NCBI RefSeq assembly: GCF_001194135.2
Contig: NC_068984.1
Span: forward strand, 8,101,206 to 8,165,205
Origin: Octopus bimaculoides
Taxonomy: Eukaryota
DNA length: 64,000 nt
Direction: 5' to 3'
Positions within the stretch are counted from its first letter, which is position 1. The number at the start of each line of letters is the position of its first letter. A program made the translations under genes and the position numbers. Under the pieces are notes generated by a model. That model searched no databases, was not told the origin of the DNA, and saw only the letters and a program-made list of their open reading frames with translations. Below, piece after piece: positions 38,452-50,916 of the stretch.

Positions 38452-38597
38452 TATGGTGGTGGTGGTGGTGGTGGTGGTGGTGGTAGTAGTAGTAGTGGTA
38501 GTAGTAGTAGTAGTATTAGCTGTTGTTGTTGTTGTTGTAGCAGCAGCAGTAGTAGAAAAGAAGAAGAAGAAGAAGAAGAAGAAGAAGAAGAAGAAGC
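38452..38597. repeat. Compound trinucleotide array GGT-AGT-GTT-GCA-GAA within a GA-rich low-complexity tract
   Basis: Seen directly. Confidence 0.95.
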
Positions 38598-38904
38598 GGT
38601 TGAAGTAATGAAGCCAAAACGCGGGAGGAGATAAAAGGAAAAAAAAGAAAATGGAGAATGGCGCGGTGCAAGCAAGCTAACTGACGATCTAAATGTGGTT
38701 GAGTGAAATTTTATCTCATTTAGCTTGCGTTAGGTCTTCTCATATTTGAGTGTAGCATAGGAAATTCACAGTAAAAGACTCCACGTTATTAACTGTTGGG
38801 ATTTATAGCCGCAGGGGAAGTTAATATTGGAAGGCATCCATTTCACGCTCAACGTCAAATCGCAAACCACCGAAGAGGGAAGGAGGAGGAGGGGGAGGAA
38901 GAAG

Positions 38905-38992
38905 TAGAAGAAGAAGAAGAAGAAGAAGAAGAAGAAGAAGAAGAAGAAGAAGAAGAAGAAGAAGAAGAAGAAGAAGAAGAAGAAGAAGAAGA
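38905..38992. repeat. (GAA)n microsatellite
   Basis: Seen directly. Confidence 0.98.
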
Positions 38993-40082
38993 ATATAATT
39001 ATATAGTTCCTAGGTTCAAGCACAAACGTTGGGAAATTAACAAGTCTGCTCGGTTTCAGGGCAGAAAAGAGACGGTGAGGTAATNNNNNNNNNNNNNNNN
39101 NNNNNNNNNNNNNNNNNNNNNNNNNNNNNNNNNNNNNNNNNNNNNNNNNNNNNNNNNNNNNNNNNNNNNNNNNNNNNNNNNNNNNNNNNNNNNNNNNNNN
39201 NNNNNNNNNNNNNNNNNNNNNNNNNNNNNNNNNNNNNNNNNNNNNNNNNNNNNNNNNNNNNNNNNNNNNNNNNNNNNNNNNNNNNNNNNNNNNNNNNNNN
39301 NNNNNNNNNNNNNNNNNNNNNNNNNNNNNNNNNNNNNNNNNNNNNNNNNNNNNNNNNNNNNNNNNNNNNNNNNNNNNNNNNNNNNNNNNNNNNNNNNNNN
39401 NNNNNNNNNNNNNNNNNNNNNNNNNNNNNNNNNNNNNNNNNNNNNNNNNNNNNNNNNNNNNNNNNNNNNNNNNNNNNNNNNNNNNNNNNNNNNNNNNNNN
39501 NNNNNNNNNNNNNNNNNNNNNNNNNNNNNNNNNNNNNNNNNNNNNNNNNNNNNNNNNNNNNNNNNNNNNNNNNNNNNNNNNNNNNNNNNNNNNNNNNNNN
39601 NNNNNNNNNNNNNNNNNNNNNNNNNNNNNNNNNNNNNNNNNNNNNNNNNNNNNNNNNNNNNNNNNNNNNNNNNNNNNNNNNNNNNNNNNNNNNNNNNNNN
39701 NNNNNNNNNNNNNNNNNNNNNNNNNNNNNNNNNNNNNNNNNNNNNNNNNNNNNNNNNNNNNNNNNNNNNNNNNNNNNNNNNNNNNNNNNNNNNNNNNNNN
39801 NNNNNNNNNNNNNNNNNNNNNNNNNNNNNNNNNNNNNNNNNNNNNNNNNNNNNNNNNNNNNNNNNNNNNNNNNNNNNNNNNNNNNNNNNNNNNNNNNNNN
39901 NNNNNNNNNNNNNNNNNNNNNNNNNNNNNNNNNNNNNNNNNNNNNNNNNNNNNNNNNNNNNNNNNNNNNNNNNNNNNNNNNNNNNNNNNNNNNNNNNNNN
40001 NNNNNNNNNNNNNNNNNNNNNNNNNNNNNNNNNNNNNNNNNNNNNNNNNNNNNNNNNNNNNNNNNNNNNNNNNNNNNNNNNN

Positions 40083-40270
40083 CATACACATAACCACACA
40101 CACAGACACATAACCACACACACAGCCACATAACCACACACACAGACACATAGTCATTTACACATAAAGTCACACACACAGAGTAACCGTAGATCATGCA
40201 TACACATAACCACACACACAGACACATAACCACACACACAGACACATAACCACACACACACAGACACACA
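40083..40270. repeat. About 20-bp CA-derived minisatellite (ACACATAACCACACACACAG) adjoining a 1-kb gap
   Basis: The unit recurs at least five times. Confidence 0.85.
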
Positions 40271-40594
40271 CGCCCGATAATCGTTGACACTGGAATCTGC
40301 TAAGGCAAACACTCCTATACGCTTCTATTGAAATTGACTGGCCAACGTTTTTGTTTGTTTGGGTCGTCAATAAGCAATAATATCGCCTTTAATTACATCG
40401 GAAGAACAGCGGCGGCAGCAGCAGGCTCATAAGAAAATGATAACTGTTGCAGTCAAGATGATATGATCAGCTTCAATACGTCAACAACAATGCAGGAATA
40501 ATTCCAGCCAAAAGAATCGTTAAAGAAGAAACTTGTAGCAACATCTCCTCACCTTGCCATCTTTCACCCTCTCACCTTTCTCTCCTTTCTATGT

Positions 40595-40659
<65 letters not shown>

Positions 40660-41033
40660 GCCCTTCTCCTCTCACTGTTCTGTCTCGCTCTACAAATATC
40701 TATACATTATAAAGGGTCGGGCGCAAAAGTAGTTATACAGCAAGTTATACATCGATGTTATAATACATGATTCATTATAATTATTAGCACATTAAATTAG
40801 TCAGCCTCATTTTTGAAATTTTCGGTGTCATTAATCATAATAATACATTCATCATAATTATGATAATACTTTGATCGTAACCTTTAATTTTTTTTTTGAC
40901 AAAAATAAAAGGGCATTGTACGTGTTTTCTTTCTTTTTTTTTTTCATAATTGNNNNNNNNNNNNNNNNNNNNNNNNNNNNNNNNNNNNNNNNNNNNNNNN
41001 NNNNNNNNNNNNNNNNNNNNNNNNNNNNNNNNN

Positions 41034-41082
<49 letters not shown>

Positions 41083-41489
41083 GACAAGAAATAATTTTTG
41101 CCTCTTTTTATGGAGACAAATAAAGTTTATAAGACTGCAAAACAGAAGTGCTTAAATGAGATTGAGACAGAGATAAAAAAAAAACATTGATTAGAGAACA
41201 AACATCAAATTCGAGTCAACGACTTTATATAACACCACAATTCCATATATTTGATGATATATAAATATTACTATGGCCTTAAACATATAAAGAATACATA
41301 TATATATATATATATAAAAGCACGAAAAGTAAAAAAAATATGTATGCAAATAAAAATACAGGTATATAGAACGGCCTATCAAGAATGTATATACAATCGA
41401 CTAAAAATTCTAAAGCGTGTCAAGCGACGAAAAATCTAAATAAAATATCAATCTACTAAAAGGAAAAATATATATACATATATGTCCCA

Positions 41490-42868
41490 GAGCACAAGGC
41501 CAACACAAAAAGGAACAAGATTCCAAGTGAGAGAAAGATCCTCATGAGACAACGGACGAAGGCTGCAAATCGCCTCAACCAACATTCCAAAGGTAGCGAA
41601 AAGTCCCGCCTAAAAGCAACACATAGAAATTGAAAAAAACCTGCAACAATCCTATGTGCGGGAGAGAGCAGACAAAGAAGCCTGGGTTATAAAAACATTA
41701 AGTCAAACCCAAAGGTTTACTTTTCACTATGCGAAAGAAACAGCCTCAGTACGCTGCAAAATAGGACCCCTATTCGAGATGGCTCCCTCAAAGATAGTCC
41801 AACTAGGATCAGTGAGGTACTGACCGACCAGTTCAAAAGAGTTTTTACCACCCCATTGGAAGAGACAAGTGAACGAACCAGTGGATTTTTTTGCCGCCTC
41901 ACCTATAACCACCTATAATACATCGACATTAGCGAAGACGATATACTACCAGCTATAGATGAGGTGGACGCAAATTCAACTGCTGGTCCTGATGGTTTCC
42001 CAGCAATCATCCTTAAATCGTGTAAGCGTGTCCTAGCAAAGCCTCTACAGATTCTCTTACAGAGCTTTCTTGCAAATGGCAGGCTGCCAAGCAAGCTGAA
42101 GGAGGGAATACCAGGATGGTGACAAAGTGTAGACGACTGGCTGGATGGATCCTGAGAACGTTCAGAACCAGAGAAAAGGAAACCATGATGGTCCACTAGA
42201 GGACATTCGTCCTCGGTTGCCTGGTTTACTGCTCCCAGCTATGGTCACCCAACAGTGTGAAATTAACAGCGGACCTAGAAGTAATCCAGCGAAGCTTCAC
42301 AAAGAAGATCGTCTCATTACAATAACTGAGCTACTGGGAAAGACTGAAACAGCTAAGACTCTACTCCCTGGAGAGAAGGCGGGAGAGGTATGCAATAATA
42401 TACATCTGGAAGATACTGGAAGGAATTNNNNNNNNNNGAGAAGGCGGGAGAGGTATGCAATAATATACATCTGGAAGATACTGGAAGGAATTGTGCCAAA
42501 TTTGGGCATTGAAAGCTACACCAATGCCAGAACGGGTCGACACTGCCAAAGATCACAGCAATGCTATCGCGCTTCAGGACCAGTTGCTGCAAAAGCCTGG
42601 GTTTGAGGGGCCCACGGCGTTTTAATATAATTGCAAAGAGGTTGAGGAACCTACACAAAGTGGATGTAGGTGTTCTCAAATCAACACTGGATCTCTTCCT
42701 GTCGAGAGTCCAAGATTGACTTACCTCATGGCAAGAACTGCAAATGAGAGTAGCGACATCAAACTCCATTCTTCGCTAGGTGCCACATATTAGAGGAGGC
42801 TCTCAGTGATAACAGTGTAGCAAAACGGTAGTGCCCCAGCATGGCTACAGCTCTGAGCTGTAACTACA
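41490..42868 (+). mobile_element. CR1-group LINE 3' part with RT core deleted
   Basis: IKSNPK, IGPL, AIDEVDANSTAGPDGFPAIILKSCKRVLAKPL, KLKEGI joined to RMVTKCRRLAGWILRTF, YCSQLWSP, YWERLKQLRLYSLERRRERYAIIYIWKILEG. Tail GTGCCCCAGCATGG followed by (TA)n. Confidence 0.9.
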
Positions 42869-44569
42869 ATATATATATATATATATATATATANNNNNNN
42901 NNNNNNNNNNNNNNNNNNNNNNNNNNNNNNNNNNNNNNNNNNNNNNNNNNNNNNNNNNNNNNNNNNNNNNNNNNNNNNNNNNNNNNNNNNNNNNNNNNNN
43001 NNNNNNNNNNNNNNNNNNNNNNNNNNNNNNNNNNNNNNNNNNNNNNNNNNNNNNNNNNNNNNNNNNNNNNNNNNNNNNNNNNNNNNNNNNNNNNNNNNNN
43101 NNNNNNNNNNNNNNNNNNNNNNNNNNNNNNNNNNNNNNNNNNNNNNNNNNNNNNNNNNNNNNNNNNNNNNNNNNNNNNNNNNNNNNNNNNNNNNNNNNNN
43201 NNNNNNNNNNNNNNNNNNNNNNNNNNNNNNNNNNNNNNNNNNNNNNNNNNNNNNNNNNNNNNNNNNNNNNNNNNNNNNNNNNNNNNNNNNNNNNNNNNNN
43301 NNNNNNNNNNNNNNNTATATATATATATATATATCCAGAGAGAGAGGGAGAGAGACAACCTGATGGAGAGACAAAATGAAATCCACCTTACCATAAATTG
43401 ACCGAAGTCATTTAATATGTGAAAAAAGAATTCTTTATACTAACATAAAATCATATTGGGACCAGGATAAAGAAATACGTTTGTTTTCGTTATATTTTTA
43501 ACTGCATGGAATCATATTCTGTAGAGATAGCCTTTCTGACGACTTTGAGTGGCAACCAACATAACTGAAACACTACAAAGCAAACTGTTGCTATTTAATC
43601 ACGAATTCTGTTGCTAAATTGTTGCTATTTTTACAAATCCCATCTGGAAAATCAAATGATTCATTTGAAAATGATATTTCATGTTTATTGTGGATGTGCT
43701 TAGCTGCAGAAAATTTGGCTCGTTACCGCAATGAATTATGGGTATTTGATGTTGAATTAATGCTTCCTATTTTTGAATGATAAACCATCTTATGTTTCAT
43801 GTGAGGATTCATCATTGTATTCTGTGCCCTTAGTATTTGTCTAAACAGCGAAGATCTATTGAATAATAAATGTGACGAATTCCAAATTAATTTGAATCAC
43901 ATACGGTAATTCTAAATGTGGATTTCTTTATTATTATGCAGAATTACTGGACTGATTGTGTGTGGCGACCGTTAAAGTAATGGAATACTTGAAGTTTATT
44001 CTTCGACAATCAGAGTTCGAAACTCTACAAAAGACAACAATTCACTTTGTAATATGCAATGGTCGAATTTACATACAGCTGAATCATGTAAATATCTTCG
44101 TTTTTCATTTTCATTTTTTTTTTTACTTGCTGAGTTAAAAGAGTGAGTCGGGGCTAGAACGCTGTCAGGCTCTACTAAGCGAGTGAGATTATTCCTTAAT
44201 GAATGATTGGGCATTATGTTTAGCACAGGAAAACAGGACGTTGGCTTCATCGGGAGCACCGAGAAATCGTGACACGATTGGGTCAGAATCCCTTAAGGAT
44301 AGAGGTATATGGAGTCAGCCTCAATCAAACGAAGGCGCCATTATATTAACGACAGAAAAGGTTAAGGAGAGTATAGAGCACGACTATTGATGAGAGGATG
44401 CAGTGTGTCCTTAGATAAAAAGTGGTACTCTGTCGGTGCTCTAGTTGATCAGATTAATGGAATACTCTGCTCGTGAAATAATATGCAAGTGTCTAAGCAC
44501 TCTGCAAACAAGCGTACTCTTAATAAAGCTCTGAGGAAGATTCAGCAAAACAGAATATGTAACAAGGCT

Positions 44570-44745
44570 TTGAAATACGGGAACAACCCACTTTTGCCAA
44601 CTGAGTAAACTGAAGTAATGTGAAATAAAGTGTCTTGTACAATGACACAACGTATGCCGGGTATCGAACTCGCGCCTTCACTTTGTGCATTAACCAGCCA
44701 AGTGGTAGCAGTGCTCTATGTTGTTGATCAAGGTGCCAAACCTTA
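44570..44745 (-). mobile_element. Third tRNA-headed SINE-like family
   Basis: Reverse complement has B-box-like GAGTTCGATACCC followed by GTTGTGTCATTGTACAAGACACTTTATTTCAC. A related piece lies at ~25735-25805. Confidence 0.6.
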
Positions 44746-44856
44746 AACCACATGCAACTCTATTCTTATAGCAATCTGACTAACATGTATATGTTTCTAT
44801 CTTTTACTGGTTTTTCGTCTTCAAGAATTTTAGTTGACCGATGTAATTTGATATAT

Positions 44857-45020
44857 AGTAAATCCCCAAAAAGAACAAACACTAAAAACAACAACGCGAG
44901 GATGTGGTACATGTAAGGTATTAGCAGACGCTCAGGGAAGGAAAGAAAGATGGTTTAATCTTTCGAGCAGACGCTCTTCTTCGGAAACAGAAGAACGTCC
45001 AATAGAAGGGAAAACGGAGG
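44857..45020 (-). mobile_element. Short PLE-terminus-type repeat with hammerhead-like motif
   Basis: Same layout as 924-1100 (CCTGAGCG/TAATAC segment downstream of the motif), with a short TA remnant at 44851-44857. Confidence 0.6.
44953..44988 (-). ncRNA. Degenerate minimal type-I hammerhead-like motif
   Basis: GTTT-CCGAAGA-A-GAGC(GTCT)GCTC-GAAA-GA-T-T-AAAC: 4-bp stem I and a U4-to-C change in the core. Confidence 0.5.
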
Positions 45021-45282
45021 AAGAAAAATCGCCTGTTGCTATTATGTTAAACTATCATTTGTCCAAATTTTGCCAAATGTGTATCATTCAATATTTATTT
45101 TTGCTTGTAATAACGGGTTCTTTGGGTCAAACTATTGTATCTTCAGCTGCTTTAGATGCTGAGGTATAAAACAATTGTCAAAGTATAGTACAACGGTTCT
45201 GCTATGGAATTCTGAAACCATTTTTTCGTTTTCTGAAAAAGTAACGTTTCGGACTTGCGACAATTTTGCATAATCGTATCGA

Positions 45283-45318
<36 letters not shown>

Positions 45319-45324
45319 TGTATG

Positions 45325-45552
45325 TATGTATGTATGTATATGTGCGTGTGTGTCTTTTTCCCCAGCACCATCGAATACCAACCGTTGTTAGCTAGTTGCT
45401 TATGTTCCCGTAACTTATCGGTTCGGCAAAAAAGAACCGAATTCATGAATATCAGACTTCACAAATAAGTACTGGAATCAATTTCTTCAACAAAACACTT
45501 CAGTGACGTACCTCACAATGGCCATAGTCTAATGACTGATACAAGTAAAATA
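45325..45552 (+). mobile_element. SINE family A, diverged 3' half
   Basis: CCCGTAACTTATCGGTTCGGCAAAA and ATGACTGATACAAGTAAAA. Confidence 0.7.
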
Positions 45553-45620
45553 TTAAAGTTACTATATAGATTAGTCACGATGCCAGTGTTGACAGAATCG
45601 ACCTCCAAATAAGAGTTACG

Positions 45621-45656
<36 letters not shown>

Positions 45657-45666
45657 NNNNNNNNNN

Positions 45667-45702
<36 letters not shown>

Positions 45703-46708
45703 TGAAGTTGATAGTACTAATTGCAGGTATCAAGGTAGATACCAAGCTGCTTGAGTAACGTATCAAATCCTTCGTTGATAGTCTCTAGGGAATCGTTTTA
45801 CGCATTCAATAATACATATTCCATTAAAATTAGTTACATAATACCTATATCAGAAGGGAGAACAGGAAAACCACACATTGCGACATTCATCACTCTATAT
45901 TAAAAGAATCAGATGTCAAATCCAGCAAACCAGGAAATTGCTTAGCTGTTGCTTCCTGATGTTCTTAATTCCTGTGGTCTACCAAATCTGATATTACCTT
46001 TTCAGCAAATACATACTCGGCAGTTTCATTATTAAAAACACTTATCTTATAAGAGTGTCCATGATATATTTGCTAAGGATAACGTGTATTTAATTCTTGC
46101 TATTCTCCATAAAAATTGTAAAATTCCCATGACAAATACGAATATATTTACATTGAATTATTTCTTTAGAAAAGTGATAATATTGTATTAAATAAGATTC
46201 TAAAAAATATCAGAATTCATAGGAATATAAATTAGGAATCAATTATACATAATAAATTATATCGATCTATGATTATTTATTTTATGTTATTATTTTACTA
46301 CTTACAATTGTATGAATGGAAAACAACACGGAGAAATATTTTAACTTATAAGAAAAATCTGTGTGTGCCGAGGGATTAAACAAAGATACAAAATGTTTTT
46401 ACATACTTGGATATTCTGGAATTCACGCACACAATAGAGACAAAAGATAGGAATGGCAAGCCAGTGTTATATTTTTTGATAGTTTGTTATTGTCACGAAT
46501 AATAAAAATCTTCTCAAATATCCTCTAATGATTAAAAGAAAAATGCAACGAATCTATTTATATGTTTCGTAATTTTCTTATGGATCTATGACTGCTGAAC
46601 GAAGGAAATTATTGAATATAAATATGCAGGTGGAGGTGCGCATGTATGTATGTATGTATGTAAGTATGCATATGTGTATGTATGCATCGATATATGTAAG
46701 TATGCATT

Positions 46709-46746
<38 letters not shown>

Positions 46747-47419
46747 ATGTATGTAAGTATGTATGTATGCGTGTATGCATGTATAACAATTAGATAAATG
46801 AAAAGGTAAGGAAATTATGCAATGAACTTCATTAACTTGCAGGTGTTTCTGCTTTGAGGTACAGTGCACGCAGAGCTGAGTGCTTGTACTTCACCATATT
46901 GTCTCCTCGGATATTCAAATATGTATACATGTATATAAAGTTATAATACCAGGTTGTTAATATCGGTATTACTAAGTGAGTTATTTAGAAAGTCTTTCTA
47001 ACTCTCTGTCTTTTTTCTACACTTTTCGTGCAGCTGAAGATTGCTCTTCATATTGCATTTAAGGTAATGCTCACATTACTTAAATAAATTGAAGTACCAT
47101 GACACGAGCGTACTGCAATCACTTTTGAAATCCGTGTTGCTTATTGTTTGATTTTAATCACCCATCCTTTTGGGATGCGATACCCGGGTGCCTTCGCATA
47201 AGTCCCATATTCAAACCTTGAATCTATATCTAAACCGTCTATATATATATATACATACATATATATNNNNNNNNNNNNNNNNNNNNNNNNNNNNNNNNNN
47301 NNNNNNNNNNNNNNNNNNNNNNNNNNNNNNNNNNNNNNNNNNNNNNNNNNNNNNNNNNNNNNNNNNNNNNNNNNNNNNNNNNNNNNNNNNNNNATATATA
47401 TATATATATATATATATAT

Positions 47420-47468
<49 letters not shown>

Positions 47469-48537
47469 AAATTTGTGGACTACTTTGAGAGCTAGAAAAT
47501 AAAAGCTCTGGTTGTAGATCACTTGTTTAATTATCTATTAAGTAATTAGTTAATTAGTGAGATAGTTCATCTCTATTGAAAACTGTAAGTCAATTTCCTG
47601 CGTGTAACATCTGCTGGTGCTACAGCAAGGAACTGGTTTTAAATAAGTATGAAATAGCGCTATGCCTGGCTATCTATGACTAAAAATTATTTGGCATATT
47701 TATAAAGGCGAGAAAATATTTGGAGTGTTTACTCTGTGCATCTTTGTTTTTTTTATTATTCGATTTAAAATTCAGATTTTTCAATACGTCATGTTTTAGG
47801 ATTTGTTAAAAAAAATGGCTGTCTCTTTAACGATAACGACCACCAGCGTATCACGTGGTTCTAATTAGGATTTAAGAAGTAGGAAACTCAGTTGCAGCGA
47901 CTTAAGTACACGGCTACTTGGCTGAATGACGTTACCACTATACTGAAACATGGTGTGAATAAAATGATGACAAAAAACAACTGCCGAAAGAGAGACCACA
48001 CATAGAGACAGACAAATAAATATAAAGATGGGTGAGCGTGTGTCTATGGTAATATGAGAAGATTTTAAAATCAAAACAAAATCATAAAAATGAAAATAAA
48101 TATTCGGTCACGTGGAGATACAGACGCTCGTCATAAGAAAACACACACACACACACACAGACAGAGCAGTATTGCATTAATAAAATAATGCAAATACATG
48201 CCTAGACGAAAATGAAGAACAACAGAAAGCATAGATTGAGTGAAACTATCACGGTTGTGTACAAACGGTAATAGTCAGCGTCATGGTCGCAGAAGCATGG
48301 CCGAAGACTTTGAGAAACCAAATATCTGATTCCATAATTCATTTAGTAATTGATTAATTAGTTAAATCATATTCAAACAGAGTTGAACTACAAACAGCAT
48401 GTCTTTATTGACACAAAGGCTGTTCAAAATTGCAATTTAATTTTAACACCTGATTTCAGATCTAGAATTAACTAAACAGTAATCATTCTCAAATCATGAA
48501 AACAAGCCCTTGGAAAACCACTGCGGCTTGTTTTTCA

Positions 48538-49110
48538 AAGCTTTCTTGCAGGTAGTAAGCTCCCAGGCCATCCGAAGGAGGGAATAATATGCCCTATTCG
48601 TGAAGAAGGAAACAGAGCAGATGCTAAAAATTATACCCCTATCTCCCTGATATCATACATCAGCAAACGCATGGAACGAATAGTCTGGTGGACGCTAATT
48701 GCATTCTTGAAGAGAACAACTTCCACGGCTTTCGACCACATAGAAGCTTCCTGACACAGCTCTTGCAAGCAGCACAACTGGGTATTAAAGCAGCTGCTGA
48801 ACAATTCAAATGTGGGTATGATATATCTGGACTTTGCAAAAGCCTTTGATAAAATCGACCAAGGTAGAGATATCACAAGATGCGTAATCTTAGCAAATCG
48901 TGGGGTGTGGCTGCATGACTTTCTAAAAGATAGAAGTTAGGGAGTGGCGGCCAACTGGGCTACCTTCAAGGAAACACAAATATTGAGTGATGTCCCACAG
49001 GGCACTTTCGTAGGGCCACTGCTATAAATAATGATTTCTGAGACATGCCTTAAGCGACTCAGATAACAACCCTTGCTAGGCATTCAGATGATACATAAGT
49101 CTCTCAGACC
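48538..49110 (+). mobile_element. CR1-group RT core fragment
   Basis: KNYTPISL, HGFRPHRS, IYLDFAKAFDKID, WLHDFLKDR, VPQGTFVGPLL, SDDT. Confidence 0.88.
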
Positions 49111-49159
49111 ATACAGAACCCTAGAAAAATTGTGCACCTGCAACAGTACTTGGACACAT

Positions 49160-49370
49160 TTGCAAGACAATGCACCAGCACGCACAGCACATGCAACTCC
49201 AAGGAAAATACGCGATTTTGGCTTCAAATTAGTATACCACTCAACTTACCCTCGTGTCTTGCCCCCCCACTCCGATTATCACGTATTTCTACAACTTGGT
49301 TGTAGACCCAAACATCCGAGTTCATTTTACAAGAGCTTAGAAAAAGTGAAGGACTGGTGTAATGTGTGAA
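49160..49370 (+). mobile_element. Degenerate mariner transposase fragment (catalytic D2-D3 region)
   Basis: QDNAPARTA..GFKLVYHSTYP..P.SDYHVF matches HDNAPAH..HPPYSPDLAPSDY. Confidence 0.7.
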
Positions 49371-50000
49371 TTTGAAAGAGGAATAAGTTGAATAAAATCA
49401 TAACTATTTGTCATATATATTCTTTTACCGAAATCCAGGAACTTTTCAACTCCAGCCTCCTACATATATATATATATATATATATATANNNNNNNNNNNN
49501 NNNNNNNNNNNNNNNNNNNNNNNNNNNNNNNNNNNNNNNNNNNNNNNNNNNNNNNNNNNNNNNNNNNNNNNNNNNNNNNNNNNNNNNNNNNNNNNNNNNN
49601 NNNNNNNNNNNNNNNNNNNNNNNNNNNNNNNNNNNNNNNNNNNNNNNNNNNNNNNNNNNNNNNNNNNNNNNNNNNNNNNNNNNNNNNNNNNNNNNNNNNN
49701 NNNNNNNNNNNNNNNNNNNNNNNNNNNNNNNNNNNNNNNNNNNNNNNNNNNNNNNNNNNNNNNNNNNNNNNNNNNNNNNNNNNNNNNNNNNNNNNNNNNN
49801 NNNNNNNNNNNNNNNNNNNNNNNNNNNNNNNNNNNNNNNNNNNNNNNNNNNNNNNNNNNNNNNNNNNNNNNNNNNNNNNNNNNNNNNNNNNNNNNNNNNN
49901 NNNNNNNNNNNNNNNNNNNNNNNNNNNNNNNNNNNNNNNNNNNNNNNNNNNNNNNNNNNNNNNNNNNNNNNNNNNNNNNNNNNNNNNNNNNNNNNNNNNN

Positions 50001-50041
<41 letters not shown>

Positions 50042-50836
50042 TATATGTACATATATGTATGTATGTAGGTATGTATGTAGGTATGTATGTATTCATATTT
50101 CTATATAAATTTACCTATGTGTATGCCATACCAAACATATTTGTTTATATGTATGTGCATATAAGTCTGTGTATACAGTGATATATATCTAAAAACATAC
50201 AAATACATATAGACATACATATATAAAATATACAAATATCTGTATATATCTACATATCGCGCATAATAGGTTGGACAATTTCTATTCCAATAGTACATGT
50301 GACTATATAACTAAACGTTAAACGAATCAGAAAAACAAAATCACTTCAACTCCATCTTAGATGAATAGAAAATAAATGAAGGCAAAAATTTCTGAACTGT
50401 CCTAAAATTCACTTTGTGCAACACAATGGCATTAATGAGAATGAATTTATGTCAATGGTACAAGCTATATGCATTAACTACTTCCTATTGGAAAGAGCAA
50501 AGTTCAACATATATCAGCGTAAAAGTAATTTATTATAGTCATAATGCCAAGTTTCAAAGTCATAGATCGAATAAATATAGGACTCTCGAATAGAATGCTG
50601 TATGTGAAATTATTATTTTCTTGTAAATATTAGAAGACAACAAAAATAATAACAGTATCAATAATGTAGGTCTGAAGAAAATATCATAAGCCACCTATAT
50701 ATATATATATATGGCTATAGAAGAGCCATTTTCAAGTTAAGAAATCTGAATTGATCGGAGTAGAATATAATCACGTTTCTTTCGGTTGCAAAAATGAGAT
50801 CTAACAGTTTAAATGCGGTTTTTATGCATGAATACG

Positions 50837-50916
50837 AAGTTATACCCTGAACTATTTCTCATACAACATATACGATAAGTTATACCCTGGACTATTTCTG
50901 ATACAGCATATACGAT
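50837..50916. repeat. 40-bp direct tandem duplication with 3 mismatches
   Basis: AAGTTATACCCTGAACTATTTCTCATACAACATATACGAT followed by AAGTTATACCCTGGACTATTTCTGATACAGCATATACGAT. Confidence 0.9.

Noticed and set aside
38007-38675. 222-aa ORF with poly-S/Q/P runs
   Set aside because: Product of trinucleotide and GA-rich repeats. Overlapping ORFs exist on both strands.
42373-42492. 55-bp exact duplication flanking the 10-N gap in the CR1 element
   Set aside because: Assembly overlap artefact, not a TSD or tandem repeat.
46856-46894. Hairpin starting with TGAGGTA (let-7-like 5' end)
   Set aside because: The hairpin is only about 39 nt, too short for a pre-miRNA, and the rest does not match let-7.
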